Shown: positions 1 to 8,600, counted from the first letter of the stretch. The stretch: 23,686 nucleotides of DNA from Kofleriaceae bacterium (GCA_015075455.1 JABTUH010000016.1:192001-215686), one strand, 5' to 3'. The notes: a model not told the origin generated them from the letters alone. A program made the numbers and translations.

Positions 1-654
1 GACACGCGGGTGGTGGCGCCGACGGCGCCGCTGCGCGGGCTGCTGGCGGCGCCCGACGGCAGTCGCGGCGTCGGGGTGTACCGGGCACAGGTCAAGAAGC
101 CAGCCAGCCCGGGCGAGCGCGACGAGCTCGTCGGGTTCGCGCTCGACGGCACCGCGGCGCGGCGGCGGCTCATCCGGGACGGGGTAGTGCTGGACTGGTC
201 GTGGGACTCGCGCTGGCTGCTGGTCCAGGACGGCGCCAAGGCGTGCATCGCGCGCGCGGTGGGCGGCCAGTTCAAGTGCTGGAAGGGCTACACCGCGGTG
301 TCCCTGGCGCCCGACGGGAGCTGGGCACTGGTGGTGGGCCCGCGCGCGGGCGCCGCCGAGGCCGAGGCCGCTGGCCGCGCCGGCGCCGACGCCGGGGGCG
401 CCGACGGCGAGCGGGCTGAGGACGAGGACGAGGTCGAGGATGGCGACGCGGACGGTCAGGACGGTCAACCCCGGAGCGCCGCCCCGGTCGACATTGCCGT
501 GCCGCTGCCCCACGGCCCCTTCTCGCTCTACCGGGCGCGACTCGCCGGCCCGTACACCGAGCGCCCGGCCCTCGTCGAGACCGTGGTCGACGGCGCCGCG
601 CTCTGGCTACCCGCGGCGCCGCCCCCTGCACCCGGGTCCGCGCCGGCGCCCTGA
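1..654 (+). CDS. Hypothetical protein, 5'-truncated at window edge (Asp/Glu/Gly-rich central linker, Pro/Ala-rich C-terminus)
   Basis: Open frame from position 1 (first in-frame GTG at 10) to TGA at 652-654. GC3-rich codon usage is consistent with real coding. No recognisable motif. Confidence 0.4.
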   Translation, partial: DTRVVAPTAPLRGLLAAPDGSRGVGVYRAQVKKPASPGERDELVGFALDGTAARRRLIRDGVVLDWSWDSRWLLVQDGAKACIARAVGGQFKCWKGYTAVSLAPDGSWALVVGPRAGAAEAEAAGRAGADAGGADGERAEDEDEVEDGDADGQDGQPRSAAPVDIAVPLPHGPFSLYRARLAGPYTERPALVETVVDGAALWLPAAPPPAPGSAPAP

Positions 655-659
655 CGAGA

Positions 660-900
660 AGGCCCTCAGCGCCTACCGGGGTTGCTCCGCCCGGCCGCTT
701 CCCCCCTACCGGCCCCCTTCTGGCCCCCTTCCGGGGTTGCTCCACCCCCGGGTTGCTCCGCCCCCGCTCCCCCCGGCGCCGCCCCGGCCCCCTTCCGGGG
801 TTACCCCGCCCGGCCGCTTCCCCTCGGCGCCGCCCCGGCCCCCCGTCCAGGGCCCGGACCGCCCCGGGCCGCTGCCCCGTCCCCCCGGGGCTCCATCAGG
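660..900. repeat. C-rich degenerate direct-repeat array ('(t/a)ccggggttgctccgccc(ggccgcttcccc)' units at ~674, ~730, ~750, ~793)
   Basis: Several 17-31 bp near-identical units visible directly on the + strand. They lie between the stop of the first ORF and the transposase-like gene. Six-frame ORFs here translate to Pro/Arg/Gly low complexity. Confidence 0.5.
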
Positions 901-917
901 GTGGAGCTCCGATGGAT

Positions 918-981
918 CCCGGCCGGATTTCGGACGCGTCCGGAATCCGGCCGGGTCCCCGGCCGGATTCCGGACGCGTAG
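918..981. repeat. REP-like palindromic repeats (two copies of 'cccggccggatt(t/c)cggacgcgt'; first copy forms a 38-bp near-perfect hairpin 'ccggccggatttcggacgc/gcgtccggaatccggccgg')
   Basis: Direct inspection: arms are reverse complements with 1 mismatch in 19. Central GGACGCGTCC is self-complementary. Located ~80 bp upstream of the RAYT-like gene. Confidence 0.55.
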
Positions 982-1057
982 CACTGCAACGACTGCAGAT
1001 CACACGCGCCGATGACCGGCACGCGCTGTGCTTCTTCCGCGGCGCGAGCGTGAAGCC

Positions 1058-1954
1058 ATGACACTCCCCCGACAGGTCATTCCGGGCTCCTTCTACAAGA
1101 TCACGCGTCGTTGCACACAACGGCAGTGCTTGCTCCACCCGAATCCGGTGACGAACGAGATCTTCCTCTACTGCCTGGCTGAGGCCGCTCAGCGTTTCGA
1201 CATCGAGGTCATGCTCCCTACTGCCCTCTCCAACCACCATCACACCGACATCTTCGACCGGCACGGCAACGTCATCCCGTTCGTCGAGCACTTCCATAGG
1301 CTGCTCGCGAAGTCCATGAACGCCTATCTCGGACGTTCCGAGAACTTCTGGTCGAGCGAACAGGTCTCCATCGTTCGGATCGAGGATCCCGCGGACGTGA
1401 TCGACAAGCTCGTCTACACCGCGCTCAACCCGGTCGCCGCCGACCTCGTCGAGCGCGTCGCCGATTGGCCCGGGGTCTCGGGGCTCGAGGACCTGCTCGC
1501 CCAGCGCACCATCACCGTCAAGCGTCCGAGCTGCTTCTTCAGCGCCAACGGCTCCATGCCGGAGACCGTGACGCTGAGCCTCGTGATCCCGCCGGAGCTC
1601 GGCGATAGCGACGCGATCCGGCGAGAGCTGAGGGAACGCGTCGCTGCCGGTGAGCTGCGGCTGGCCGCGGAGCGGACGCAAGCGGGCAGACGCGTGCTCG
1701 GGCGTCGTGGCATCCTGAAGCGTTCGTGGCGCGACTTCCCCGCAACCGAAGCGCCACGCCGAGGACTGCGGCCTCGATTCGCCGCGCGCTCGCGCGCCGT
1801 CCTGGAGGCCGCGATCCAGCGGTACCACGAGTTCCTCTGCGCCTACCGACAGGCGCGCCGAGCGTGGCTGGAAGGCGAAGCTCCGCATTTCCCGGCGGGG
1901 ACGTACTGGCTCCAGCGCTTCGCGGGGGTCACCGTGGCTCCCCTGTTTCAATGA
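1058..1954 (+). CDS. REP-associated tyrosine transposase-like / IS200-like Y1 HuH transposase family protein (COG1943-like) with extended C-terminal region
   Basis: N-terminal 'PGSFYKITRRCTQRQ' resembles the IS200/RAYT beta-strand 1. 'LPTALSNHHHTDIF' sits in the HuH motif position. 'NFWSSEQVSIVRI' and 'LVYTALNPVAADLVERVADWP' match the 'YIxxNPVxxGxVxxxxDWP' C-terminal signature of RAYT/TnpA-REP proteins. ATG at 1058 (MTLPRQ...) is preferred over the upstream ATG at 1028. Stop is at 1952-1954. Confidence 0.7.
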   Translation: MTLPRQVIPGSFYKITRRCTQRQCLLHPNPVTNEIFLYCLAEAAQRFDIEVMLPTALSNHHHTDIFDRHGNVIPFVEHFHRLLAKSMNAYLGRSENFWSSEQVSIVRIEDPADVIDKLVYTALNPVAADLVERVADWPGVSGLEDLLAQRTITVKRPSCFFSANGSMPETVTLSLVIPPELGDSDAIRRELRERVAAGELRLAAERTQAGRRVLGRRGILKRSWRDFPATEAPRRGLRPRFAARSRAVLEAAIQRYHEFLCAYRQARRAWLEGEAPHFPAGTYWLQRFAGVTVAPLFQ

Positions 1955-2109
1955 GTGCGCGACGAACCGAGTGAACACGCGGCCCGGCAGGCCGCGCCGT
2001 CGCGGCGTGGTGCGGAGCGCGCGAGAACCGCGAGCCCGCGTGGCTGCAGCGGCACCGCCGACCATGCTTCGCCGGTGCCCATCGAAACAACCCCGGTGGG
2101 GCGGCGGAC

Positions 2110-2141
2110 GGGCGTCGGAACTCCGGGCGTCGGAACTCCGG
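2110..2141. repeat. Tandem 16-bp direct repeat 'gggcgtcggaactccg' x2, related in inverted orientation to the upstream REP-like unit
   Basis: Reverse complement 'cggagttccgacgccc' resembles upstream 'cggattccggacgcgt'. Sits ~155 bp downstream of the RAYT-like gene stop. Confidence 0.45.
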
Positions 2142-2188
2142 ACCCGCTGCGACGTTGGCGGGGCGCTGGGCCGCGGCAACGTTCCGGT

Positions 2189-2929
2189 TCAGGCGAGGGC
2201 GGCCGTGACGTAGTGGGCGACGCGCGGCGCCAGGACGGAGGGATCGCCGCGGGCGCCGCGGCGCAACCAGCGCTGGGTGAACGCATGGATGATGCCGGCC
2301 ACGACCGCGGCGGCGTCGGCGGCGTCGGCGCGGGCAACCCCGGTGTGGCGGTAGAGCCAGGTCGCGAGCGCCAGCAGGTAACGCTCGGCCCCGGACCGCA
2401 CCGCCTGCGCCAGCCGCGGGCAGGCGGCGACCACCGGGAAGACGAGGAGGGTGTCGCGCCAGGCGGCGGCGACGCGGAGCTGGTGGGAGACGAGGAGCTC
2501 GAGGGCGTGGCGCCGCGACAGGCCGGCGGGCACCGGCTCGGCGAGCGTGCCGGCGAAGGCGTGCCAGAGCTCGGCGTGGAGCGCGAGGAACAGGTCGTCC
2601 TTGCCGCGGAAGTGCTCGCAGAGCGACGATGCCGCCATGCCCGCTGCTCCGGCGACGTCCTGCATCGAGGTGTCCGCGCCCCGGCGCGCCATCGCCCGGG
2701 CCGCGGCCTCGAGGATGCGCCCCGCGCCCCGACCGCGCCGCCCGCTCGACCGCGCCGCCCGCTCGACCGCGCCGCCCCGCCCGACCGCGCCGCCCCCGCC
2801 CGACCGCGCCGCCCCGCCCGACCGCGCCGCCCGCCCGACCGCGTCGGCGCGGCGAGCGCCACCGGATCTCGCAGACCGTGCAGATATCGCAGACTTGCGG
2901 GGGGAGGTGGCCATGCTACGAACGAGCAT
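2189..2929 (-). CDS. TetR/AcrR family transcriptional regulator (start codon uncertain; N-terminal ~70 codons overlap a tandem DNA repeat)
   Basis: Classic TetR HTH 'RILEAAARAMARRGADTSMQDVAGAAGMAASSLCEHF' followed by a helical ligand-binding region. Divergent from the RND efflux operon. No in-frame start exists between the repeat and helix 1, so the start is taken as the ATG at 2927-2929 or the ATG at 2912-2914. Confidence 0.7.
   Translation of the reverse strand: MLVRSMATSPRKSAISARSARSGGARRADAVGRAARSGGAARSGGGGAVGRGGAVERAARSSGRRGRGAGRILEAAARAMARRGADTSMQDVAGAAGMAASSLCEHFRGKDDLFLALHAELWHAFAGTLAEPVPAGLSRRHALELLVSHQLRVAAAWRDTLLVFPVVAACPRLAQAVRSGAERYLLALATWLYRHTGVARADAADAAAVVAGIIHAFTQRWLRRGARGDPSVLAPRVAHYVTAALA
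2730..2843. repeat. Tandem repeat of 'cgaccgcgccgccc(c)(c)gc(t/c)' with unit lengths 17,17,18,19,18,17 (plus partial)
   Basis: Seen directly. Encodes Arg/Ser/Gly/Ala low complexity in the TetR N-terminal reading frame. Unit lengths are not multiples of 3. Confidence 0.85.
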
Positions 2930-2953
2930 TCGGAGCGACCGAATGCCCGTTCG
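2919..2953. promoter_or_regulatory. Candidate TetR operator: 15-bp inverted repeat 'cgaacgagcattcgg-agcga-ccgaatgcccgttcg'
   Basis: Half-sites are reverse complements with 1 mismatch in 15, separated by 5 bp. Lies between/overlapping the divergent tetR start and the OMP start, with an RBS-like GGAG at 2932-2935. Confidence 0.5.
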
Positions 2954-4316
2954 GATCGAAGTTGACCCCCGCTCACCTCGCTGTCAAGCCGCCCTCCGTC
3001 GCGCGGCCGTGGCGCTGCTCGTGCTGCTCGCCCTCGCCGGCACCGCCGCCGCCGCCCCCCTCACCCTCGACGAGGCGGTGCGCCTCGCCCTCGACACCTC
3101 CGAGGACGTACGCGCCGCACGCGCCCGCCGCGCCCAGGCCGACGCCGGCGTCACCGCCGCGCGCGCCGCGCTCCTGCCCGGCCTCACCCTCACCGGCTCG
3201 TACACGCGCCGCGCCCGCGAGGTGACGCGCAACGTCGGCGGCGAGGACGTCACGATCCAGAGCGCCAACGCCCTGGGCGCCAACCTCACCGTCGCCACCA
3301 CGCTCTTCGACGGCCGCGCCTACCCGCTCCTGCGCGCGGCCCGCCGCCAGCGCGACGCCGCCACGCTCGACGAACAGGAGCGCCGCCGCCAGATCGCGTT
3401 CGGCGCGGCCGCCGCCTTCCTCACCGCGCTCGGCCACGAGCGCGTCGTCGACGCCGCTGTCCGTCGCCAGGAGTTCGCGGTCGCCCGCCAGCGCGACGCC
3501 GCCGCCCGCGTCGACGCCCGCCTGGTCTCCACCAACGATCGCACCCAGGCCGATCTCGAGGTCGCCACCGCCAGCCGCGAGCTCGCCGGCGCGCGCGCCG
3601 CCCTCGCCGTCGCCTACGCCGAGCTGGCGTGGTGGATCGGCGGCGACGTGGCCGGCCCCCTGGTCGAGCCCGATCGCCTCCACGCGACCGCGAGCGCGCC
3701 CCAGCCCGATCCCGCCGGCCTCGCCGACCTCGCCCACCGGCAGCGGCCCGACCTCGCCGCCACCCGCCTCCGCGTCGACGTCGCCCGCGAGCTCGCCGCC
3801 GAGCCCGGCCGCCGCGCCTGGCCGACCCTCGACCTGATCGGCCAGTACCGCCTCACCAACGAGGCCGGCCTCTCGGGTCACAACACCGACTGGCTGGTGA
3901 CGCTCAGCGCCACCTGGGAGCTGTGGGACGGCGGTCGCCGCGGCGCCGACGCCCGGGCCCGCGCGCTCGACGTCGAGCTGGCCCACCTCGACGTCAGCGC
4001 CGCCGATCGCCGCGCCCGCGCCGAGCTCGCCGCCGCCCGGGCCCGCCTCGACGGCGCGCGCGCCGCCCTGCCCCCCGCCGAGCAGGTGGCGGCGGCCGCG
4101 GCCCAGCACGCCGACGAGGTCGCCGTCCTCTACGCCCAGGGCCTGGCCCGCGCGCTCGACGTGGTCGACGCCGGCGCCCGCCGCTACGATGCCGAGGTGG
4201 CGGTCGCCCGGGCCCGCGTCGAGCTCGCCGCCGCCTGGCTCGAGCTGGGCCTGGCCACCGGCGCCCCGCCCCTCGCGACCCCGACCTCGCCCTCACCCGA
4301 CGGAGACTCGCCGTGA
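2943..4316 (+). CDS. Outer-membrane efflux protein (TolC-like OEP family)
   Basis: Signal-peptide-like 'RRAAVALLVLLALAGTAAAA'. Two OEP-type repeats: 'LTLDEAVRLALDTSEDVRAARARRAQADAGVTAARAALLPGLTLTGSY' and 'RPDLAATRLRVDVARELAAEPGRRAWPTLDLIGQY'. GGAG 7 nt upstream of ATG 2943. The ORF-track frame extends upstream to 2451, but that part overlaps tetR and is rejected. Stop TGA at 4314-4316 overlaps the next start. Confidence 0.8.
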   Translation: MPVRIEVDPRSPRCQAALRRAAVALLVLLALAGTAAAAPLTLDEAVRLALDTSEDVRAARARRAQADAGVTAARAALLPGLTLTGSYTRRAREVTRNVGGEDVTIQSANALGANLTVATTLFDGRAYPLLRAARRQRDAATLDEQERRRQIAFGAAAAFLTALGHERVVDAAVRRQEFAVARQRDAAARVDARLVSTNDRTQADLEVATASRELAGARAALAVAYAELAWWIGGDVAGPLVEPDRLHATASAPQPDPAGLADLAHRQRPDLAATRLRVDVARELAAEPGRRAWPTLDLIGQYRLTNEAGLSGHNTDWLVTLSATWELWDGGRRGADARARALDVELAHLDVSAADRRARAELAAARARLDGARAALPPAEQVAAAAAQHADEVAVLYAQGLARALDVVDAGARRYDAEVAVARARVELAAAWLELGLATGAPPLATPTSPSPDGDSP

Positions 4317-5653
4317 ACCGTCCCGCCCGCCTCGCCCTCTGTGCGCTCCTCCTCGCCCCGGCGCTGGGCTGCGGCGACGGCAAGGCTGGCGGAAAGCCAC
4401 CGGCGCGCCGCGAGGTCAAGTTCCCGGTGGAGGTCCGCCCGGTCGAGCTGCGCGCCGTCGAGTACGGCGTCAACGCTCTGGGGACCATCGACGTGTTCGA
4501 GCGGGTCCAGGTCACCGCGCGGGTCGCCGGCGTCGTCGACGCGGTCAAGTTCACCGAGGGCGACGTCGTGACGCGGAACCAGGTCCTGGTCGCGATCGAT
4601 CCGGCGCGCTTCGCCCTCGCCGAGCGCCAGGCCCGAGCCGCCGTCGATCGCGCGCGCATCGCCGTCACCGACGCCGAGGCCGGCCTCGCCCGCCGCGAGT
4701 CGGCGGACCGCAGCAACCCCGGCCTCATCCCCGGCGAGGAGCTCGAGACCTGGCGCAACCGGGTGGCCGCGGCCAAGGCCGACCTCGCCGAGCGCGCCGT
4801 CGCCCGCGATCGGGCAGCCCTCGACCTCAAGGACGCCTACGTCCGCGCCCCCATCGCCGGCGAGATCGAGTCGCGCCAGGTCGCGACCGGCGCCTACGTC
4901 CAGCCCGGCACCGTGCTGGCCACGATGGTCCGCCGCGAGCCGCTGCGCCTGCGCTTCGACGTGCCCGAGGCCGAGGCCGCGCCGATGGCCAAGGGCGGGC
5001 TCGCCCGCTTCACGATCACCGGTCACGACCACGTCTTCACCGCCACGATCGTGCATGTGGCGGCCGCCGCCGAACCGACCTCGCGCATGGTCCGCGTCAC
5101 CGCCGAGATCGATGACCCCGACCGCGCCCGCCTGCGCGCCGGCGGGTTCGCCCAGGTCGTCGTTCCGGTGGGCGGCACCGCCCAGGCCCCGGTCATCCCC
5201 GAGACCGCGATCCGCCCCAGCGAGCGGGGCTTCCTCGCCTTCGTGGTCGAGGGCGAGGTCGCCCGCGAGCGCATCCTCGAGCTCGGCCTGCGCACCGCCG
5301 ACGGCCTGGTCGAGGTCCGCCGCGGCCTCGCCTCCGGCGAGCAGCTCGTCGTCCGCGGCGCCGAGGCGCTGCGCGAAGGCGCGCCGATCCGCCTCGGCGT
5401 CAAGCCGGGTCAGGGCGGCCCCGGCGGCCCAGGCGGCCCCGGCGGCCCTGGCGGCCGCGGCGGCAACGGCGGCCCCGGCGACAAGGGCGGCCCCGGCGGC
5501 AAGGGGCGGCGACACGCCGGGCCCGCCCGCGGCCGCGCCCGCCCCCACCGCGCCGGCGCCGGACGCCGACGCGCCCTCCCGACTCGCCGTCCCCGGGCCG
5601 CGCCCGCCGGCGCCGCACCCGCCCCCGCCGCGCCGCCCGGGGGGCCGCGGTGA
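4313..5653 (+). CDS. Efflux RND transporter periplasmic adaptor (membrane-fusion protein), probable lipoprotein, with Gly/Pro-rich C-terminal tail
   Basis: GTG at 4313 overlapping the upstream stop (GTGA). 'LALCALLLAPALGCGDGK' is a lipoprotein-type signal. Biotin-lipoyl/HlyD-like core 'VQVTARVAGVVDAVKFTEGDVVTRNQVLVAIDPARF...' is present. Tail 'GQGGPGGPGGPGGPGGRGGNGGPGDKGGPGGKG...' runs to the stop at 5651-5653. Confidence 0.8.
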   Translation: MNRPARLALCALLLAPALGCGDGKAGGKPPARREVKFPVEVRPVELRAVEYGVNALGTIDVFERVQVTARVAGVVDAVKFTEGDVVTRNQVLVAIDPARFALAERQARAAVDRARIAVTDAEAGLARRESADRSNPGLIPGEELETWRNRVAAAKADLAERAVARDRAALDLKDAYVRAPIAGEIESRQVATGAYVQPGTVLATMVRREPLRLRFDVPEAEAAPMAKGGLARFTITGHDHVFTATIVHVAAAAEPTSRMVRVTAEIDDPDRARLRAGGFAQVVVPVGGTAQAPVIPETAIRPSERGFLAFVVEGEVARERILELGLRTADGLVEVRRGLASGEQLVVRGAEALREGAPIRLGVKPGQGGPGGPGGPGGPGGRGGNGGPGDKGGPGGKGRRHAGPARGRARPHRAGAGRRRALPTRRPRAAPAGAAPAPAAPPGGPR

Positions 5654-8600
5654 ACATCACCGAGATCTGCATCCGGCGACCCGTCTTCGCCTGGATGATC
5701 ATGCTGGCGACCGTGCTGTTCGGCGTGGTCGCCATCGGCCGGGTCGGCGTCTCGCAGTACCCCGACGTCGACTTCCCGACGATCAGCGTCGGCGTCACCT
5801 GGGAGGGCGCCGCTCCCGACGTGATGGAGGCCGAGGTCATCGAGGTCATCGAGGAGGCGGTGATGCAGGTCGAGGGCGTGCGCGCGGTCAACTCCAGCGC
5901 GCGCCAGGGCCAGGCCTCGGTGACCATCGAGCTCGACATCGACCGCCCGGTCGATCTCGCCTTGCAGGACGTGCAGACCCGCGTCGCCCAGGCCCAGCGC
6001 CGGCTGCCGGTCGACATGGATCCGCCGACGATCTCCAAGACCAACCCCGAGGACCAGCCCATCATGTGGGTCGGCCTGTCGGGGCCCTACTCGCGCGCGC
6101 TCCTCACCGACACCGCCAAGTACGAGATCAAGGAGCGCCTGCAGACCCTGCCCGGCGTCGGCGAGGTCACGCTCGGCGGCTTCCTCGAGCGCAACGTCCG
6201 CATCTGGCTCGACGCCGCCGCCCTCGCCCGCCACAAGCTGACCCCCGCCGACGTCCAGGCCGCGCTCCAGCGCGAGCACGTCGAGCGCCCCGCCGGCCGC
6301 ATCGACGCCCGCGGCCGCGAGATCACCGTGCGCGTCCTGGGCGAGGCCTTCGACCTCGCCACGCTGCGCGACATCATCATCACCCGCATCGACGGCGCGC
6401 CCATCCGGCTCGGCGCCGTCGCCGTGGTCGAGGACGGCTTCGAGGACGAGCGACGCATCGCCCGCAGCCTCGGCTTCCCGGTCCAGGGCATCGGCATCCG
6501 CAAGCAGCGCGGCGCCAACGCGGTGGCGGTGGCCCAGGCGGTGCGCGCCGAGCTGGTCAAGATCAACGACCGCCTGCCCGAGGGCATGGTGGCCGCGGTC
6601 AACTTCGACTCGGCGCGCTTCATCGAGGACACCGTCCGCCACATCGAGATCGAGCTGATCATGGCGGTCCTGCTCACCGCGCTGGTGTGCTGGATGTTCC
6701 TGGGCTCGCTGTCGAGCACGCTCAACGTGATCCTGGCGATCCCGATGTCGTTACTCGGGACGATCGCCGCGATCTACTTCCTCGGCTTCACCCTCAACAC
6801 CTTCACCCTGCTCGCGCTGTCGCTCGCGGTCGGGATCGTCGTCGACGACGCCATCATGGTGATGGAGAACATCTACCGCCACGCCGAGATGGGCAAGCCC
6901 GCGGCGCAGGCCGCCCGCGAAGGCACGCGCGAGATCACCTTCGCCGCCCTGGCCGCCACCATCGCCGTCGTCGCCATCTTCGTGCCGGTCGTGTTCATCG
7001 AGGGCGTCACCGGCAAGTACTTCATGCAGTTCGGCGTGACCCTGTCGATCGCCGTGCTCCTGTCCTACGTCGAGGCCATCACCCTGGCCCCGGCCCGCTG
7101 CGCCCAGTTCCTGCGCGCCGGCCGCCACGACCGCATGTGGCTGGGGCAGCAGGTCGACCGCGGCTTCGCCACCCTGGCCCGCGGCTACCGCTGGCTGCTC
7201 ACCCGCGCCCTGCGCTGGTCGTGGGTCGTGCTGCTGGCCGCCGCCACCTCGATCGTCGGCCTCGTCCACGGCGTGCAGTCGCTGCCCAAGGAGATGGTGC
7301 CGGCCCAGGACCAGAGCCGGCTCATGGTCCGCATGTTCACCGAGGTCGGGACCTCGCTCGAGGAGACCGACCAGGTCTTCCGCCAGGCCGAGGAGTTCAT
7401 CAACGCCCAGCCCGAGGTCCGCCGCACGATGGCGATCGTCGGCGGCTTCGGCGGCGGCAACGTCAGCCAGGTGATCGTCATGACCTCGCTGGTGCCGCGC
7501 TCCGAGCGCCAGGTCAGCCAGGCCGAGTTCGCGACCCGGTTGCGGCGCAACCTCTCCGGCATCGCCGGCCTGCGGGTGGTGGTCCAGGACCTGTCGCAGT
7601 CGGGCTTCACCGCCAACCGCGGCTTCCCGGTCGAGGTCAGCGTGCGCGGCCCCGACTGGCCGACGCTGGTCGACGAGGCCCTGCGCCTGCGGGACGCGCT
7701 GGCCGAGAGCGGGATGGTGATGGACGTCGACACCGACTACGAGCTCGGCATGCCCGAGCTGCGGCTGCTCCCGCAGCGCGACCGCGCCGCCGATCTCGGC
7801 ATCTCCGTCGACGACATCGCCACGGCGGTCAACACGATGATCGGCGGCGTCCGCGCCGGCAAGTACAGCTCCGGCGGCCGCCGCGTCGACGTCCGGCTCA
7901 AGGTCCGCCGCGATCAGCGAGCCAGCCCCGACGCCCTGGGCCAGCTCTACCTGCGGGCGCGGACCGGCGAGATGATCCCGCTCTCGACCCTGGTCGAGCT
8001 GGAGGAGCGGCCGGCGCTGCAGTCGATCACCCGGCGCGACCGCGAGCGCGCCATCACGATCACCGCCAACGTCGCCCCCGGCTACTCCCAGCAGGACGCC
8101 CTGACCAAGGTCCGCGAGCTGAGCAAGACCCTGCCCCCCGGCTACAAGGCGGTGCTCGGCGGCGCCAGCGCCAGCTTCCTCGAGTCGTTCGCGGGGCTCG
8201 GCTTCGCCTTCCTGCTCGGCGTGGCCGTCGCCTACATGGTGCTCGGCTCGCAGTTCAACTCGTTCCTCCACCCGGTCACCGTGCTGACGATCCTGCCGCT
8301 GTCGCTGGTGGGCGCGGTGTTCGCCCTGCTCTACAGCGGCCAGACCCTCAACATCTTCTCGATGATCGGCCTCCTCCTCCTGGCCGGCATCGTCAAGAAG
8401 AACTCGATCATCCTCGTCGAGTACGCCAACAACGCCCGCGACCGCGGCCTCGACGCCCGCGCCGCGATGATCGAGGCCGGCCCCACCCGGCTGCGCCCCA
8501 TCCTGATGACCTCGATCGCGACCATGACCGCGGCGGTGCCCGCCGCCCTCGGCCTGGGCGAGGGCAGCGAGACCCGCACCCCGATGGCGATCGCCGTCAT

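Larger units (their letters stand above)
918..2141 (+). mobile_element. Putative REPtron-like unit: RAYT-like gene bracketed by inverted REP-like palindromes
   Basis: Gene with Y1 HuH-transposase motifs plus related short GC-rich palindromes on both sides in opposite orientation. No additional genomic copies are available to confirm repetitiveness. Confidence 0.4.

Noticed and set aside
440-1064. Several Pro-rich ORFs on both strands in the C-rich repeat region (440..1015, 682..981, 706..984, 753..1061, 801..1064)
   Set aside because: Translations of a strand-biased repeat array. No start/RBS context or domain content.
896-2179. 427-aa minus-strand ORF antisense to the RAYT-like gene
   Set aside because: No motifs, Arg/Ser/Pro-rich. 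The sense-strand gene has clear Y1-transposase signatures.
2730-2843. Possibility that the tandem repeat is a CRISPR array
   Set aside because: Units are directly adjacent with no spacers, and unit length is 17-19 bp. Not CRISPR.
1948-2976. Overlapping ORFs 1948..2976 (-), 1955..2965 (+) and the 2451..2942 upstream part of the OMP frame
   Set aside because: They run through the TetR coding region and the tandem repeat. Only the TetR frame has a recognisable HTH. The OMP signal peptide begins at ~2943.
3629-4312. 5' extension of the MFP reading frame (ORF track starts at 3629)
   Set aside because: The extension overlaps the OMP gene and is Arg/Pro-rich. The lipoprotein signal and the GTGA junction place the real start at 4313.
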